This document shows, piece after piece, positions 1-11,000 of a stretch of DNA of 64,000 nucleotides. Source of the stretch: an uncultured Clostridia bacterium. GTDB taxonomy: Bacteria; Bacillota; Clostridia; Oscillospirales; CAG-272. Numbering within the stretch: position 1 is the first letter of the stretch; each line of letters starts with the position of its first letter. The notes beneath the pieces are model-generated. The model worked only from the letters and a program-made list of their open reading frames with translations, ran no database searches and was not told the origin of the DNA. The position numbers were made by a program, and so were the translations under genes. The DNA lies in contig CAOKAC010000009.1 of NCBI GenBank assembly GCA_948466345.1, positions 1,832 through 65,831 of the forward strand, read 5' to 3'.

Positions 1-10
1 ATTTATATAA

Positions 11-1045
11 ATGAAAATAAGAAAACAAAAAAGAATAATCACAGCGCTGCTGGCTGTAATTATTCTTCTGGCTCCTTTGTGTACCCATGCATATGGAGCT
101 GAAGATATTACACAGGTATTTCTTGGAGGTATGCCCTTTGGAGTAAAATTTTATACAGGAACGCTGATCGTCAGCGGCATCAGCGAAGTAGACAGTGCAG
201 GTGGAAGCAAGCTGCCTGCAAAGGACGCCGGGATCAAGGAAAACGATATTATATTGAAAATTAATGGAAAAGATATCGGTACGGCGGAAGCTGTTGCCAA
301 AGCGGTAGAAGACAGTGAGGGTAAGCCACTTTCCTTCACATGCCGCAGAGGAGATGAAGAGTTCGAAGTATCTATTACCCCAGTTTTGTCGGAAAGTACA
401 AATAAATACCGAATTGGTATTTGGATGAAGGACAGCACTGCCGGCATTGGTACAGTAACGTATATTATAGAAGATACAGGCGGGTTTGGCGGCCTTGGTC
501 ACGGTATTTGCAGCAGCAACGGAGAGCTTCTCAAAATTGATCGTGGAATCGTAACCGATATCTCTATTTCTGGAATAAATAAAGGTGTGCCTGGTGCGCC
601 TGGTGAACTGCATGGATTTTTTTCTTCCGGAAAGACAGGAACCGTAACAAACAATACAGAATGTGGTGTGTTTGGCGTATTTTCTGACATCTCCCATTTA
701 AAGGAAACCGGTACGCTGATTGATATTGGAACTAAAGACAAAATTCATGATGGAGACGCTGTCATACACTGCACACTGGATGATAATACTATTGAAGAAT
801 ATACAGTTCAAATCATTATCCCAGAAAACAACGATACCCAAACCAAAAACTTTACTATCAAAATAACAGACCCAAGACTTATAGAAAAAACTGGTGGCAT
901 CGTACAGGGAATGAGCGGCAGTCCTATTATCCAAGATGGGCTTTTGGTTGGCGCCGTAACACATGTGCTCGTCAGCGATTCTACAGAAGGTTATGGAATT
1001 TATATTGAAAATATGTTGGAAGAAATGCCTGAAATATTAAAATAA
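11..1045 (+). CDS. spoIVB: SpoIVB serine peptidase (PDZ + S55)
   Basis: GGMPFGVK, PDZ-like segment, DSTAGIGTVT, LGHGI, GGIVQGMSGSPIIQ, GAVTHV motifs. Confidence 0.93.
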   Translation: MKIRKQKRIITALLAVIILLAPLCTHAYGAEDITQVFLGGMPFGVKFYTGTLIVSGISEVDSAGGSKLPAKDAGIKENDIILKINGKDIGTAEAVAKAVEDSEGKPLSFTCRRGDEEFEVSITPVLSESTNKYRIGIWMKDSTAGIGTVTYIIEDTGGFGGLGHGICSSNGELLKIDRGIVTDISISGINKGVPGAPGELHGFFSSGKTGTVTNNTECGVFGVFSDISHLKETGTLIDIGTKDKIHDGDAVIHCTLDDNTIEEYTVQIIIPENNDTQTKNFTIKITDPRLIEKTGGIVQGMSGSPIIQDGLLVGAVTHVLVSDSTEGYGIYIENMLEEMPEILK

Positions 1046-1072
1046 TAGGTAATATGAGGAAATCGCTTCGCT

Positions 1073-1101
1073 GTATAAGCGTCCTTTCCATGGCAATACT
1101 T
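1073..1101 (+). promoter_or_regulatory. Forespore sigma (SigF/SigG)-type promoter of sigG
   Basis: GTATA-14 nt-GGCAATACTT resembles the B. subtilis SigF consensus GywTa-N15-GgnrAnAnTw. Confidence 0.6.
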
Positions 1102-1130
1102 TAAGTATCAAAATGCGCGAGGCGAAATGG

Positions 1131-1904
1131 ATGTATTATAATAAAGTGGAAATTTGCGGAGTAAATACCGCTAAATTAAAAACATTAAATGATGAAGAAA
1201 AACATGACCTGCTTATTCGTAGTAAAAATGGGGATGAAAAAGCCAGGCAAAAGCTTATTGACGGGAATCTGCGGTTGGTGCTCAGCATTATCCAGCGTTT
1301 TACTAACCGCAGAGAGAACTTAGATGACTTATTTCAGGTTGGATGTATTGGTCTCATAAAGGCTATTGATAATTTTAATACAGAGCTTTGTGTGAAATTC
1401 TCTACCTATGCTGTTCCTATGATTATTGGAGAAGTACGGCGCTACCTTCGGGATAATAATACAATTCGTGTAAGCCGTTCGGTGCGTGATTTAGCGTACC
1501 GTGCGCTTCAAGCCAGAGAGCAGCTGCAACGAAACGACTGTAACGAACCCACCATAGAACAAATTGCCAAACTTCTTGGCGAAGAACCAGAGGCTGTAAC
1601 CAACGCGATTGAAGCGATTGTAGAGCCCATGTCCTTATATGATCCTGTATATAACGACGGTGGGGATTCTATTTATGTTATGGATCAGCTAAGTGATACG
1701 AATAATACAGATGAATCCTGGCTGGAAGACATCGCCCTTCGAGAGGCTTTGAAAACATTGAATGAACGTGAACGCGCTATTATCAATATGCGTTTTTATA
1801 AAGGAAAAACCCAAATTGAAATTGCTTCAGAAATTGGTATTTCACAAGCTCAGGTTTCCCGATTGGAAAAAGGAGCTTTAGAACGAATTAGAAAACAGAT
1901 GTAA
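1131..1904 (+). CDS. sigG: RNA polymerase sporulation sigma factor SigG
   Basis: N-terminus NKVEICGVNT, DDLFQVGCIGL, VRRYLRDNNTIRVSRS, GISQAQVSRLEK; ATG 1131 follows GAGG. Confidence 0.96.
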   Translation: MYYNKVEICGVNTAKLKTLNDEEKHDLLIRSKNGDEKARQKLIDGNLRLVLSIIQRFTNRRENLDDLFQVGCIGLIKAIDNFNTELCVKFSTYAVPMIIGEVRRYLRDNNTIRVSRSVRDLAYRALQAREQLQRNDCNEPTIEQIAKLLGEEPEAVTNAIEAIVEPMSLYDPVYNDGGDSIYVMDQLSDTNNTDESWLEDIALREALKTLNERERAIINMRFYKGKTQIEIASEIGISQAQVSRLEKGALERIRKQM

Positions 1905-1931
1905 AAAAGGGATCCCGAAGGATCCTTTTTT
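1903..1931. terminator. Bidirectional intrinsic terminator
   Basis: AAAAAAGGGATCC-CGAA-GGATCCTTTTTT between convergent genes. Confidence 0.8.
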
Positions 1932-2604
1932 ATACTTTTTTAGAAATCCAATGAGAAGCCCACTGCATAAGCAACGCAGCAGAGGAGTGAAACAAATCAT
2001 TTGAAACGTGCTTTTCCTGCCGTAAAACTGCCCCTTGCTGTACAATTTTCTGTTCCTTCGGACCAAGAAGGGGCAGCAAGTCCTTCTGTTTTTTTGCAAA
2101 AATTCCCTTTTCCAAATATGCGATTCCACGAAGCGTAAAAGCCGCAGATTTATAAAGTCCCGATAAAATATCGACGCGTTTTTCATGAACCGTATTGTGT
2201 ACACAACCATGGTAAATATTGCATACACCCATCTTTACAGCACGTATTATATCTTCTCTGTTAATGCTTTCCAGGAGCTTCTCCAAGGAACCATAAACTG
2301 AAATAGTATCATTACAGAATTGAAATAAATCGGATTTATCCCAATTTTGCAATTCAGCATATCCTGAAACAAAACCGCAGGCTTTATTTCTATATGGAAG
2401 GTCATCTAAAATCTCGCTGTATTTCTTTAAATCTGTGTAATCCACCGAATCTAAAATCAGTACCATATCTATATCACTTGCAGAAGTAGCTTCTCCCCTA
2501 CCCCAGCTTCCCTGTAGCCCAATAAACCAAATCCGCTCTCCAAACGCAGCTCTTACAGCATCCAAATATAGATACAACCATTTTTCTATGGCAAACTGTT
2601 CCAT
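1930..2604 (-). CDS. Nucleotidyltransferase domain protein
   Basis: GLQGSWGRGEA..SDIDMV Pol-beta-type NTase motif. Confidence 0.8.
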   Translation of the reverse strand: MEQFAIEKWLYLYLDAVRAAFGERIWFIGLQGSWGRGEATSASDIDMVLILDSVDYTDLKKYSEILDDLPYRNKACGFVSGYAELQNWDKSDLFQFCNDTISVYGSLEKLLESINREDIIRAVKMGVCNIYHGCVHNTVHEKRVDILSGLYKSAAFTLRGIAYLEKGIFAKKQKDLLPLLGPKEQKIVQQGAVLRQEKHVSNDLFHSSAALLMQWASHWISKKV

Positions 2605-2678
2605 ATGCCCCCCTTTTTTTTTAAAAGTATTTCAACTGTATCATAAATTGGGTGAAAAATCAATTGTGCATACATAAC

Positions 2679-2712
2679 AAAAAAGTCACCTGATTTCTCA
2701 GGTGACTTTTTT
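2679..2712. terminator. Intrinsic terminator after spoIVA
   Basis: AAAAAAGTCACCTGA-TTTC-TCAGGTGACTTTTTT. Confidence 0.8.
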
Positions 2713-2715
2713 GAT

Positions 2716-4224
2716 TTACAGTATAATGCAAATTAATCCACTGCTGCCCTCATTGACAATTCTAGACAACGTGTCTGAGAGTTTGTCTCTAGACTCCTCT
2801 GACAAATGCGCCAGTTTTGTATGTAATCCATCATCTACTAGTTGATATAAGCTTTTTCCAAATATATTGGATTCCCAAATTTTTTGTGGATCTTCCTCGA
2901 ACTCAGACATAAGATGCCGAATCATCTCCTCAGACTGTTCTTCCGATCCAACAATGGGATTAATCTCCGTTTCTATCGTTGCTTTAATCATATGAATACT
3001 GGGAGCGGATGCCTTTAGCTTCACGCCATATGCCCCCGACTGCCGTATGATTTCCGGTTCCTCTAATTTTAGTCCTTCTACTCCAGGCAGCACTATACCA
3101 TACCCTGCTGTTTCCATTTCTTCAATTGCCTTAGAATATTTATCCAATTCGCGTTTTGCATCTGACAAGGATAGCATTACGGAAATCAATTCCTTTTCAT
3201 TTCGTACGCATATGCCGGTAAGGTCGCAAATGATGTTGTAATACATTGACTGTGGGAAGCTTAATGCTACGGTCGCCACGCCCGTTCCAAGATCCGTGGA
3301 TGTAATCTGTGTTGCCGCCCCGCTGCTTTCATAACGCGCTTCTATTTCATTTGAAACCAAATCGGCCAATTTGTCTGCAAAGGTGGTGACGTCGTTCAAA
3401 TTTTTGATATCTTCAATAATATCAGAAAGGCTGTTAATAATTACCTCTGTCAGCTTATGTTCCTTTGGTAAGGCAGACACCCAACCAGGCAGTTGCAAAT
3501 TGATTTCTCGAATTGGAAATTCATACAGCAGCATTTCTAAAATATGGCCAACGTCTTCTGCATCCAACGCAAGACAGTTAATGAGAGCAACTGGCGCGTT
3601 ATATTTCGCTTCCAATTCCATGGCCAGGGCCTCAGCCTGCTCAGACTCTGGTTTGGAAGAGTTTAATATTATAGCAAAAGGTTTACCAAGCTCCTGAAGC
3701 TCCTTTGCGATACGTTCCTCTGCCTGCACATAATTTTCCCGGGAAATATCGCCAAAACTTCCATCGCAAGTTACGAGCATCCCCACAGTTGAATGATCGC
3801 AGATCACTTTGCGTGTGCCAACTTCAGCAGCCTCTTCAAAAGGAACCTGTTCTTCAGACCAAGGGGTTTTGACCATACGAACTTCCCCATTTTCTGTTGT
3901 ACCGAGCGCCTCAGGAACAAGATATCCCACACAGTCAATCATCTTTACCCGCATAGTTGCTCCGTCTCCAAAAGATACAGGCACTGCCTCATCCGGCACA
4001 AACTTGGGTTCTGTTGTCATAACCGTCTTGCCGCCTGCGCTTTGGGGTAATTCATCCATCGTCCGTTTTCGATCATATTCCCCTTTAATATTAGGGACTA
4101 CCGAAGTTTCCATAAAGCGCTTGATAAAAGTAGATTTTCCACAGCGTACCGGACCCACAACGCCGATATAGATATCCCCGCCGGTTCTGGTCGCTATATC
4201 CTGGTATATGTTTGTACTTGTCAT
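2716..4224 (-). CDS. spoIVA: Stage IV sporulation protein A
   Basis: IYQDIATRTGGDIYIGVVGPVRCGKSTFIKRFM, DELPQS, MTTEPKF, C-terminal GLICIIL. Confidence 0.97.
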   Translation of the reverse strand: MTSTNIYQDIATRTGGDIYIGVVGPVRCGKSTFIKRFMETSVVPNIKGEYDRKRTMDELPQSAGGKTVMTTEPKFVPDEAVPVSFGDGATMRVKMIDCVGYLVPEALGTTENGEVRMVKTPWSEEQVPFEEAAEVGTRKVICDHSTVGMLVTCDGSFGDISRENYVQAEERIAKELQELGKPFAIILNSSKPESEQAEALAMELEAKYNAPVALINCLALDAEDVGHILEMLLYEFPIREINLQLPGWVSALPKEHKLTEVIINSLSDIIEDIKNLNDVTTFADKLADLVSNEIEARYESSGAATQITSTDLGTGVATVALSFPQSMYYNIICDLTGICVRNEKELISVMLSLSDAKRELDKYSKAIEEMETAGYGIVLPGVEGLKLEEPEIIRQSGAYGVKLKASAPSIHMIKATIETEINPIVGSEEQSEEMIRHLMSEFEEDPQKIWESNIFGKSLYQLVDDGLHTKLAHLSEESRDKLSDTLSRIVNEGSSGLICIIL

Positions 4225-4253
4225 ATAAATCCTCCGCTCAAAACTCTTTGTAC

Positions 4254-4282
4254 ATAGTATGAGGGGCGGACGGGTTTTATGA
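4254..4282 (-). promoter_or_regulatory. SigE-type promoter of spoIVA
   Basis: Minus strand TCATA-16 nt-CATACTAT; spoIVA is a known SigE target. Confidence 0.75.
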
Positions 4283-4297
4283 CATGGATAAAAATAA

Positions 4298-4328
4298 AAT
4301 TATCCCCTGGCTTTACCAGGGGATAATT
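4298..4328. terminator. Intrinsic terminator
   Basis: AATTATCCCCTGG-CTTTA-CCAGGGGATAATT. Confidence 0.75.
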
Positions 4329-4334
4329 AACTGA

Positions 4335-4880
4335 TTATTCTTCTGTAGTTTCTGCAGTTGTATTGGAAGGAATCGCACCTGTGGTATCCGCACTTGGGTC
4401 TGTGCTTTCAGCAGCAGTCGTGTCCCGTCTGTCTCTGCTGTCTTCTCTCCAAGTAAAGACAATTTCATCACCATCATAAACATTCGTCACGCTCTGACGG
4501 CCTTCCGCAGAGTCTTCACCGTTGATAGTACATTCCCAATACTGAAAGTATCCTTTTTCTGCGTCAGAAGAATCCTTCTGTGCCAAGCCAAACACTTCAC
4601 CGATTGACGCGCCGTCGGCAGTCAGCTTATAAGGCACCTCATATTCCTGAAGCGCTTCTTCAACAGCCTGCAAAACCTTAGGAGGATTATCTATCGTTCC
4701 CTCCACGGTCAATCCGGCTTTCATAAAGCGTACATCGTCTTCCGCTCCCTCTTCAGTAGCAGGAATAACAAATTTCAGCGAAACATCTTTTGCAACAGCT
4801 TTTCCGCTAGTACAGCTTGCAAAAATGGGCACCACCAAAACAACTGCAAGCAGCATACAAAGAATTTTACATTTTTTCAT
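4335..4880 (-). CDS. Lipoprotein with DUF4430 (transcobalamin-like C-terminal) domain
   Basis: Lipobox FASC; YWECTING...VYDGDEIVFTW pattern; Thr/Glu-rich tail. Confidence 0.65.
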   Translation of the reverse strand: MKKCKILCMLLAVVLVVPIFASCTSGKAVAKDVSLKFVIPATEEGAEDDVRFMKAGLTVEGTIDNPPKVLQAVEEALQEYEVPYKLTADGASIGEVFGLAQKDSSDAEKGYFQYWECTINGEDSAEGRQSVTNVYDGDEIVFTWREDSRDRRDTTAAESTDPSADTTGAIPSNTTAETTEE

Positions 4881-4909
4881 GATAAACCTCCAATGTAGTT
4901 CCTATGTTC

Positions 4910-4938
4910 AGTATAGCCCACCACGTATAATTTGTCAA
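4910..4938 (-). promoter_or_regulatory. SigA-type promoter
   Basis: TTGACA-17 nt-TATACT on minus strand. Confidence 0.7.
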
Positions 4939-5060
4939 GCCAATTAGCAAAATTCAATGATTTGTAACATATTGCAATATCGCCTCGTGACTACTGTAAA
5001 CAAATTTGCATCGCTTACACGAGAATTTACACTGTGCGCAATCCAAATTATAGCAAACGA

Positions 5061-5576
5061 CTAAATCGCCGCACATAAGGAGATAAGCTGGATAAAAAAG
5101 ATGAGTTGAAAAAACAAAAAAAGCAAAGAAGGAAACGCGCCGGGACAGCAGGTTTTAAGAAAAAGTAACATACAAAGTACCGCGGCTGCAAGAGATGCTG
5201 CACACAGCAGCAGAGCCAGAATCGGACTGACAGAAATAAAAATGATCCGATATTCAATAAGTAACACAAGGCAAATAAGTGCCGTACATGCAAAAGCTTT
5301 CAGTCGCAGTTCAAAAAGGCCTCTGCAAAACAAAACACCGGCAAGCATCAATCCAGCACAGAATATACGCAGAATATGTCCCAACATATACCCAAATGCG
5401 CCTGGAAAAAATCCTTTACAAATCAATAAATTGTATAAATTACTCGTGCCGCCCGAAAAAATCCGGAATAAAAATGCAGAAAGCAAAAGCACACATGGTA
5501 CAAGCAGCATTTTTATAGGATTTTCACGAATTTGTCTTATCCAAATACCAGCATCTCTTTTGAAAGTTGAAAACAT
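5061..5576 (-). CDS. Multi-pass membrane protein, possibly divergent TspO/MBR-like
   Basis: About 5 hydrophobic segments, RBS GAGGTG; weak resemblance in LYNLL..GFFPG. Confidence 0.5.
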   Translation of the reverse strand: MFSTFKRDAGIWIRQIRENPIKMLLVPCVLLLSAFLFRIFSGGTSNLYNLLICKGFFPGAFGYMLGHILRIFCAGLMLAGVLFCRGLFELRLKAFACTALICLVLLIEYRIIFISVSPILALLLCAASLAAAVLCMLLFLKTCCPGAFPSLLFLFFQLIFFIQLISLCAAI

Positions 5577-5630
5577 AAAAAATCACCTCAAAAATATATA
5601 TGAGGTGATTTTTTTAGATATGCTTACCGC

Positions 5631-7922
5631 TTAGCTATGTCCATAACAATATTCTGTCGGAACAGTATCTTTTGTGAAATACCCTTTTTCTCCCCAGCAG
5701 CCGCTAGCAGTCAGGAGGCCTGAATATCGACAATAGGTACACTCTACAAGACGATCAGACAATTCAAAATTTTTCAGTGTTTCTTCACCGGCACGTACCC
5801 TTGCAAAGATATCCTCATGAAGCATAGTCATCACTTTATCCCATATCTGTACAGCAGGATTGGTACCAAAATCTGAGAGGGCCTGGTTCATATCATATCC
5901 GACCCATACGCCGCCCAGATAATAAGGCGTATAACCAACGAATGTCCGGTCAAAATCTGCTGTAGTAGTACCGGTTTTACCAGCTACATTTACATACTGA
6001 TCCACGGTAACTGCCCGCCCTGTTCCGCTGGTAACAACTCCCTGCAATATGTTGGTCATAATGGAAGCGGCTTCCTCACTGATAGCAATTTCATAGTCCG
6101 GTTTATTTTCTAAAACAACATTGCCATCACTATCCAGCACTTTATACCACAATCTGGACTTTGAATAAACTCCTTCGTTTGGAAATATATCGTACCCAGC
6201 GGTCAGCTCCCACAATGTAATGCCATAGGAGAACTGCCCAAGCGCCAGCGGCGCCAAATCCTTGTCGCTGACAACCTGACCACTCCCAGTAGTATAAGAT
6301 TCAATCACATTATCCATATGGAGGGTATTTTTCAAAAAGTCAAAAGAATAATCTACCGTAATATCCTCCAGTACACGCACGGCAATGGTGTTGACAGAAC
6401 GGCGTACCGCATCTTGTACTGTTGTAAGTCCACCATATACATTCGGCAGGTTACGCGGCCAAGGTACGCCGGCATCTGTATATTTCAGCGGCACATCGTC
6501 ATAGATTGAGCCCATCGTGATCACTTCCAAATCCACAGCTGGCGCGTATACAGAAAGCGGTTTAATACTGGATCCTACAGGACGTTTCGCCTGTGTCGCA
6601 CGGTTCAAAATCCGGTTTTGCGTTTTCTCCCCTCGGCCGCCTACAAGGCCCAGCACATCTCCTGTATAGGGATCCAGAACAATCATAGACGACTCCGGCT
6701 GAAGGCCGCTGGTAGCATAAGGGAAATGCTGCTCGTCATTTACATAGACCTCCTCCAGCACATTCTGTACCTTTGGATCCATACATGTATATATTTGCAG
6801 CCCACCTGTGTAGATCGCCAGACTGGCTGTATAGCTGGAGTAACCATACTTCTCCATTAATGCATCCCGCACGTCTGCAATCACAGCATCCGTATACCAG
6901 GAATTGATATGGCCGGTTGTATTTGATCCGTTTTCGTTTTCATCGGCCTTATACAGGACAAGATCTGTTTCAACAGCTTCATCAAATTGCGCCTGATTGA
7001 TTTTTCCATATTGGTGCATCGTATAAAGAACAGTATTACGGCGTGCACGGTTTCCGTCTTCCTTTTCCCCTCCTTTATCGTCTTCATACATCACTACATC
7101 GTGCCGCAATGGCTCATATTTCGTAGGGTTCTTGACAATCGCAGCCAGAGAGGCACATTCAACGAGCGACAGTTCACTCACATCCTTACCATAATACGTA
7201 TTAGCGGCAGCCTGCACACCATAACAGTTATTACCAAGGAAAACGATATTTAAATACATTTCCAAAATTTCTTCCTTGCTCATTTCCTTCTCCAGATTGA
7301 GAGCTCGGAAGATTTCCTGCACTTTTCGCTGTATGGAGTTTTCTTTATCACCTGTTAGGTTTTTTACAAGCTGCTGGGTAATCGTAGATCCTCCAAAGTC
7401 TCCTGCTCCAAAGAAATACGTCACCACCGCTTTTCCCGTACGCAGCCAGTCTACGCCATTGTGGTCAAAAAAACGATGGTCCTCCACGGAAGTAAAGGCA
7501 TTGATCAGATCCTTCGGCATTTGTTCATAAGAAACCCAAATACTGTTGTCAGAACTGTACAGTCGTTCGCTTTCCAATTCTACAGGGGTTCCATCTTCAC
7601 TGATACGATCATCTTCCGTTTCAAAATCCATGTAATACATACGGGTTGTGTTGTCTGATCTGGCGCCGACAAGAAGCGAAGAATCAATTTGAGGATCCAC
7701 ATAATTCTTGATATAAATACAGAACACAGTTCCCACGATGATACCGCAGACCGCACCAATCAAAAGAATCGTCAAAAGAGTATTCATAATATATGTCAGT
7801 GCGCGCAAAGAGACCTTTCCAATCGTTTTCCAAATACTGCGGGACCCTTTGCCGTCCAGCGGCATGCCCTCCGGCAAAGGCGCATGTGCAGGTGCATTTT
7901 GCGGCAATTGATTATCAGCCAT
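5631..7922 (-). CDS. Class A penicillin-binding protein (transglycosylase-transpeptidase)
   Basis: EDHRFFDHNGVD, GGSTITQQLVKN, RKVQE, SSIK, SVN, KTGT motifs. Confidence 0.93.
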   Translation of the reverse strand: MADNQLPQNAPAHAPLPEGMPLDGKGSRSIWKTIGKVSLRALTYIMNTLLTILLIGAVCGIIVGTVFCIYIKNYVDPQIDSSLLVGARSDNTTRMYYMDFETEDDRISEDGTPVELESERLYSSDNSIWVSYEQMPKDLINAFTSVEDHRFFDHNGVDWLRTGKAVVTYFFGAGDFGGSTITQQLVKNLTGDKENSIQRKVQEIFRALNLEKEMSKEEILEMYLNIVFLGNNCYGVQAAANTYYGKDVSELSLVECASLAAIVKNPTKYEPLRHDVVMYEDDKGGEKEDGNRARRNTVLYTMHQYGKINQAQFDEAVETDLVLYKADENENGSNTTGHINSWYTDAVIADVRDALMEKYGYSSYTASLAIYTGGLQIYTCMDPKVQNVLEEVYVNDEQHFPYATSGLQPESSMIVLDPYTGDVLGLVGGRGEKTQNRILNRATQAKRPVGSSIKPLSVYAPAVDLEVITMGSIYDDVPLKYTDAGVPWPRNLPNVYGGLTTVQDAVRRSVNTIAVRVLEDITVDYSFDFLKNTLHMDNVIESYTTGSGQVVSDKDLAPLALGQFSYGITLWELTAGYDIFPNEGVYSKSRLWYKVLDSDGNVVLENKPDYEIAISEEAASIMTNILQGVVTSGTGRAVTVDQYVNVAGKTGTTTADFDRTFVGYTPYYLGGVWVGYDMNQALSDFGTNPAVQIWDKVMTMLHEDIFARVRAGEETLKNFELSDRLVECTYCRYSGLLTASGCWGEKGYFTKDTVPTEYCYGHS

Positions 7923-8057
7923 ACTGATCTCGCTCCCTTCTCATTAAGTCCTTTGTTATCATAATCCTATATACATGGCATTCTATTTTTTCTAAGTTAT
8001 ACCACAAAGTATACAATTTATTTATGAACGTGTTGTGAAATTTAAAAAATATACGCC

Positions 8058-11000
8058 TTATTTTACTACCACGGCTGCATCTCCTAAAATTTCACGCAAT
8101 TCCTTTAAAGTGAAATCATTAACAGACGCGCCGAAATTTACACCGCGAAATGCAGTTTTTGCCTCATTGTCGTAAAAGGTAACTGGTATATTTCCACGAA
8201 ATATGCTTAAAAATGCAGCAACCCGTCGAAAAGCTTCCGATGATTGAGAAGGCACCTTGATATAAAGTTTCTGCATACTTCCATTTGCTGTGGTACATCG
8301 TTCTTTAACTTTTTTTGTATCTTTAGGCATAAACAAAGGCGTATCGCCTCCATTTTTCTCCAATGCCATTACGTTATTCACAAGAACTTTGGGATTCTCT
8401 TCTTCCCGTACAGAAATCGTTCCACGCACTGCAATGATACTTCCTGTAGTGAGTAAATGGGTATGTGCGGATAAGGGCGCAGGAAATACGATTAGTTCAA
8501 TCTCTCCTGTAAGATCCTCTAGCGTAATAAACGCCATTGCGTCACCACTACGGGTAGTTTTATTCGTACGTGAAAGAATGACTCCTGCGAGAATCACTGT
8601 ATCCTTTTCCCTGTACTGCGGCACTCCCTCTGTATCTTGAGTAAAAGTATTGATAATTCCGGTAGTATTGGCGCATTGCAGCGCGTTCATATGATTGGTG
8701 TAATCGTCTAGAATATGACCGGAAAGATACATACCGCTGCTTTCACGCTCCAAATGCAGTTTTTCTGCAGCAGACAGTTCTGGAAGATCTGGAAATACCG
8801 TTTTAGGGGCCACCGACTCTCCCATAGGAGCGGCGGAAAACAAATCCAACTGTCCTTCCAAGCCGGAAGATGTGCCGCGCTCCAGCAAGTGTTCATATAC
8901 CGCAAGCATCTGGCTTCTTTTAGGTCCAAGGACATCTAACGCGCCGGATTTAATAAGCGCTTCCATTTGCCGTTTATTGATTCCAAGTTTCTGACTTCTT
9001 GTCAGAAAATCATCAAAGTCTAAAAAGGGGCCGCCTCTCTCCCGTTCTGCAATAATGGTATCGATAAAACCGCGGCCCACGTTTTTCAGCGCACCAAGGC
9101 CAAATCGGATTCCTGCCTCATCCGCATGAAAATCCGTCATACTGGCGTTAACATCCGGTGGCAATACAGCAATCCCACGCCGTTTGCACTCGCCAATGTA
9201 TTCTGCGATTTTTCCTTGACTTCCCTGTACAGATGTAAGCAGGGCGCAATTGAATTCTTTTAGATAATGCGCTTTTAAATACGCCGTCTGATAAGAAACT
9301 ACGGCATATGCAGCCGCGTGACTTTTATTGAAAGCATAATTTGCAAATGCTGCAATATCGTCAAATAGTTTTTCTGCCTTCTCTTCAGAGACACCCCGTT
9401 CTCTTGCACCGTATACAAACGCCTCTTTTTCACTGAGAAGCACGTCTGTTTTCTTTTTGGATATTGCCCTGCGTACGATGTCCGCATGGCCCAACGAATA
9501 ACCTGCCACGTCCTGAAAAATACGCATTACCTGCTCCTGATATACAATGCAGCCATAGGTAGAGGCAAGAATTGGTTCCAACTGAGGAATGAGCATCTCC
9601 GGCTTTTTGCCATGACGCGCTTCAATATACCGAGGGATTGAGTCCATAGGGCCAGGACGGTATAAAGCAATCGCGGCAATAATATCGTCAATGTTTTCTG
9701 GAGCCAGTTGTGTGAGCATCTGGCGCATACCGCCGGATTCCAACTGAAAAACGCCGTCTGTATTTCCTTTGGAAAGCATCGCATACACAGCCTTATCGTC
9801 CAGAGGAATCGTTGCCATTGTAAAACCTGGACACTGCCGAGCAATCTCTTTTTCCGCCGCCGCGATAATCGTTAAATACCGCAGGGCCAAAAAGTCAAAT
9901 TTCAGCAAACCTAATTCCGCTACTGTATCCATATTATACTGGGTGACACAAACTCCGTTGTTGACCGCAAGCGGAACGTGATCCGTCAAAGGATTCTCTG
10001 TAATAACCACACCCGCCGCGTGGGTAGAAGCATGGCGGGGCATCCCCTCCAACGCACGTCCCACGTCAATAAGACGCCGTACATTGGGATCACTCTCGTA
10101 CATTTCGGAAAGCTCTTTTCCTTCTAGAGCACGTGCAAGCGTCATATTCAATGTGTGGGGAATCTGTCTGGCTACAACATCCACTTCTCCGTATGGTATG
10201 CCAAGAGCACGGCCTACATCACGAACAACAGCACGAGCGGCCATTGTACCAAAGGTAATGATTTGCGCGACATGATCGTCCCCATACTTGTCCCGAACAT
10301 ATTGAATGACCTCGTCTCGTCTATCATAACAAAAATCGATGTCGAAGTCAGGCATACTGACACGTTCGGGATTTAAAAAACGCTCAAAAAGCAGGTCAAA
10401 ACGAATGGGATCCACATCGGTAATGCCGATAAGATAAGCTATTACACTTCCGGCACCGCTACCTCTTCCCGGACCTACAGGAATTCCTTTAGATTTTGCC
10501 CAGTCAACAAAATCCCACACGATGAGATAATATTCACTGTAGCCCATTCCATCAATAATAGGAAGTTCATATTCCAACCGCTGCATATACATCTCTCGGG
10601 GTATCTTTTCAAGGATGACGGTCCCATTCTGTATACGATGTTCCAGCCCTTTCAACGCAAGTCTTTTCAGATATACACCAGGCGGTTCGCCATCAGGACA
10701 AGGATACGATGGAAAATAGGTTCTATCAAATTGAAAATCGAGCTGACACATATCAGCAATCTTTACCGTATTGGAGAGCGCCTCCGGATGGTCGGCAAAC
10801 AGACGCTCCATTTCCCAAGTCTCTTTATAATAAAATTCATCTGTTTCAAATCCGATAGGCTTGCCATCTTCAATACTGCTATTGGTTTGAATACACATTA
10901 AAATTGCCTGCGCGTCGCTGTCACTGCGCCGCAGATAGTGGACATCATTGGTAGCAACCAATCCGATTCCCAGTTGTTCACTCATTTGGAACAACGCTTC

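Noticed and set aside
2608-2622. C6-T9 homopolymer as a phase-variation tract
   Set aside because: The G6 on the minus strand is simply the RBS, and the tracts are short and non-coding
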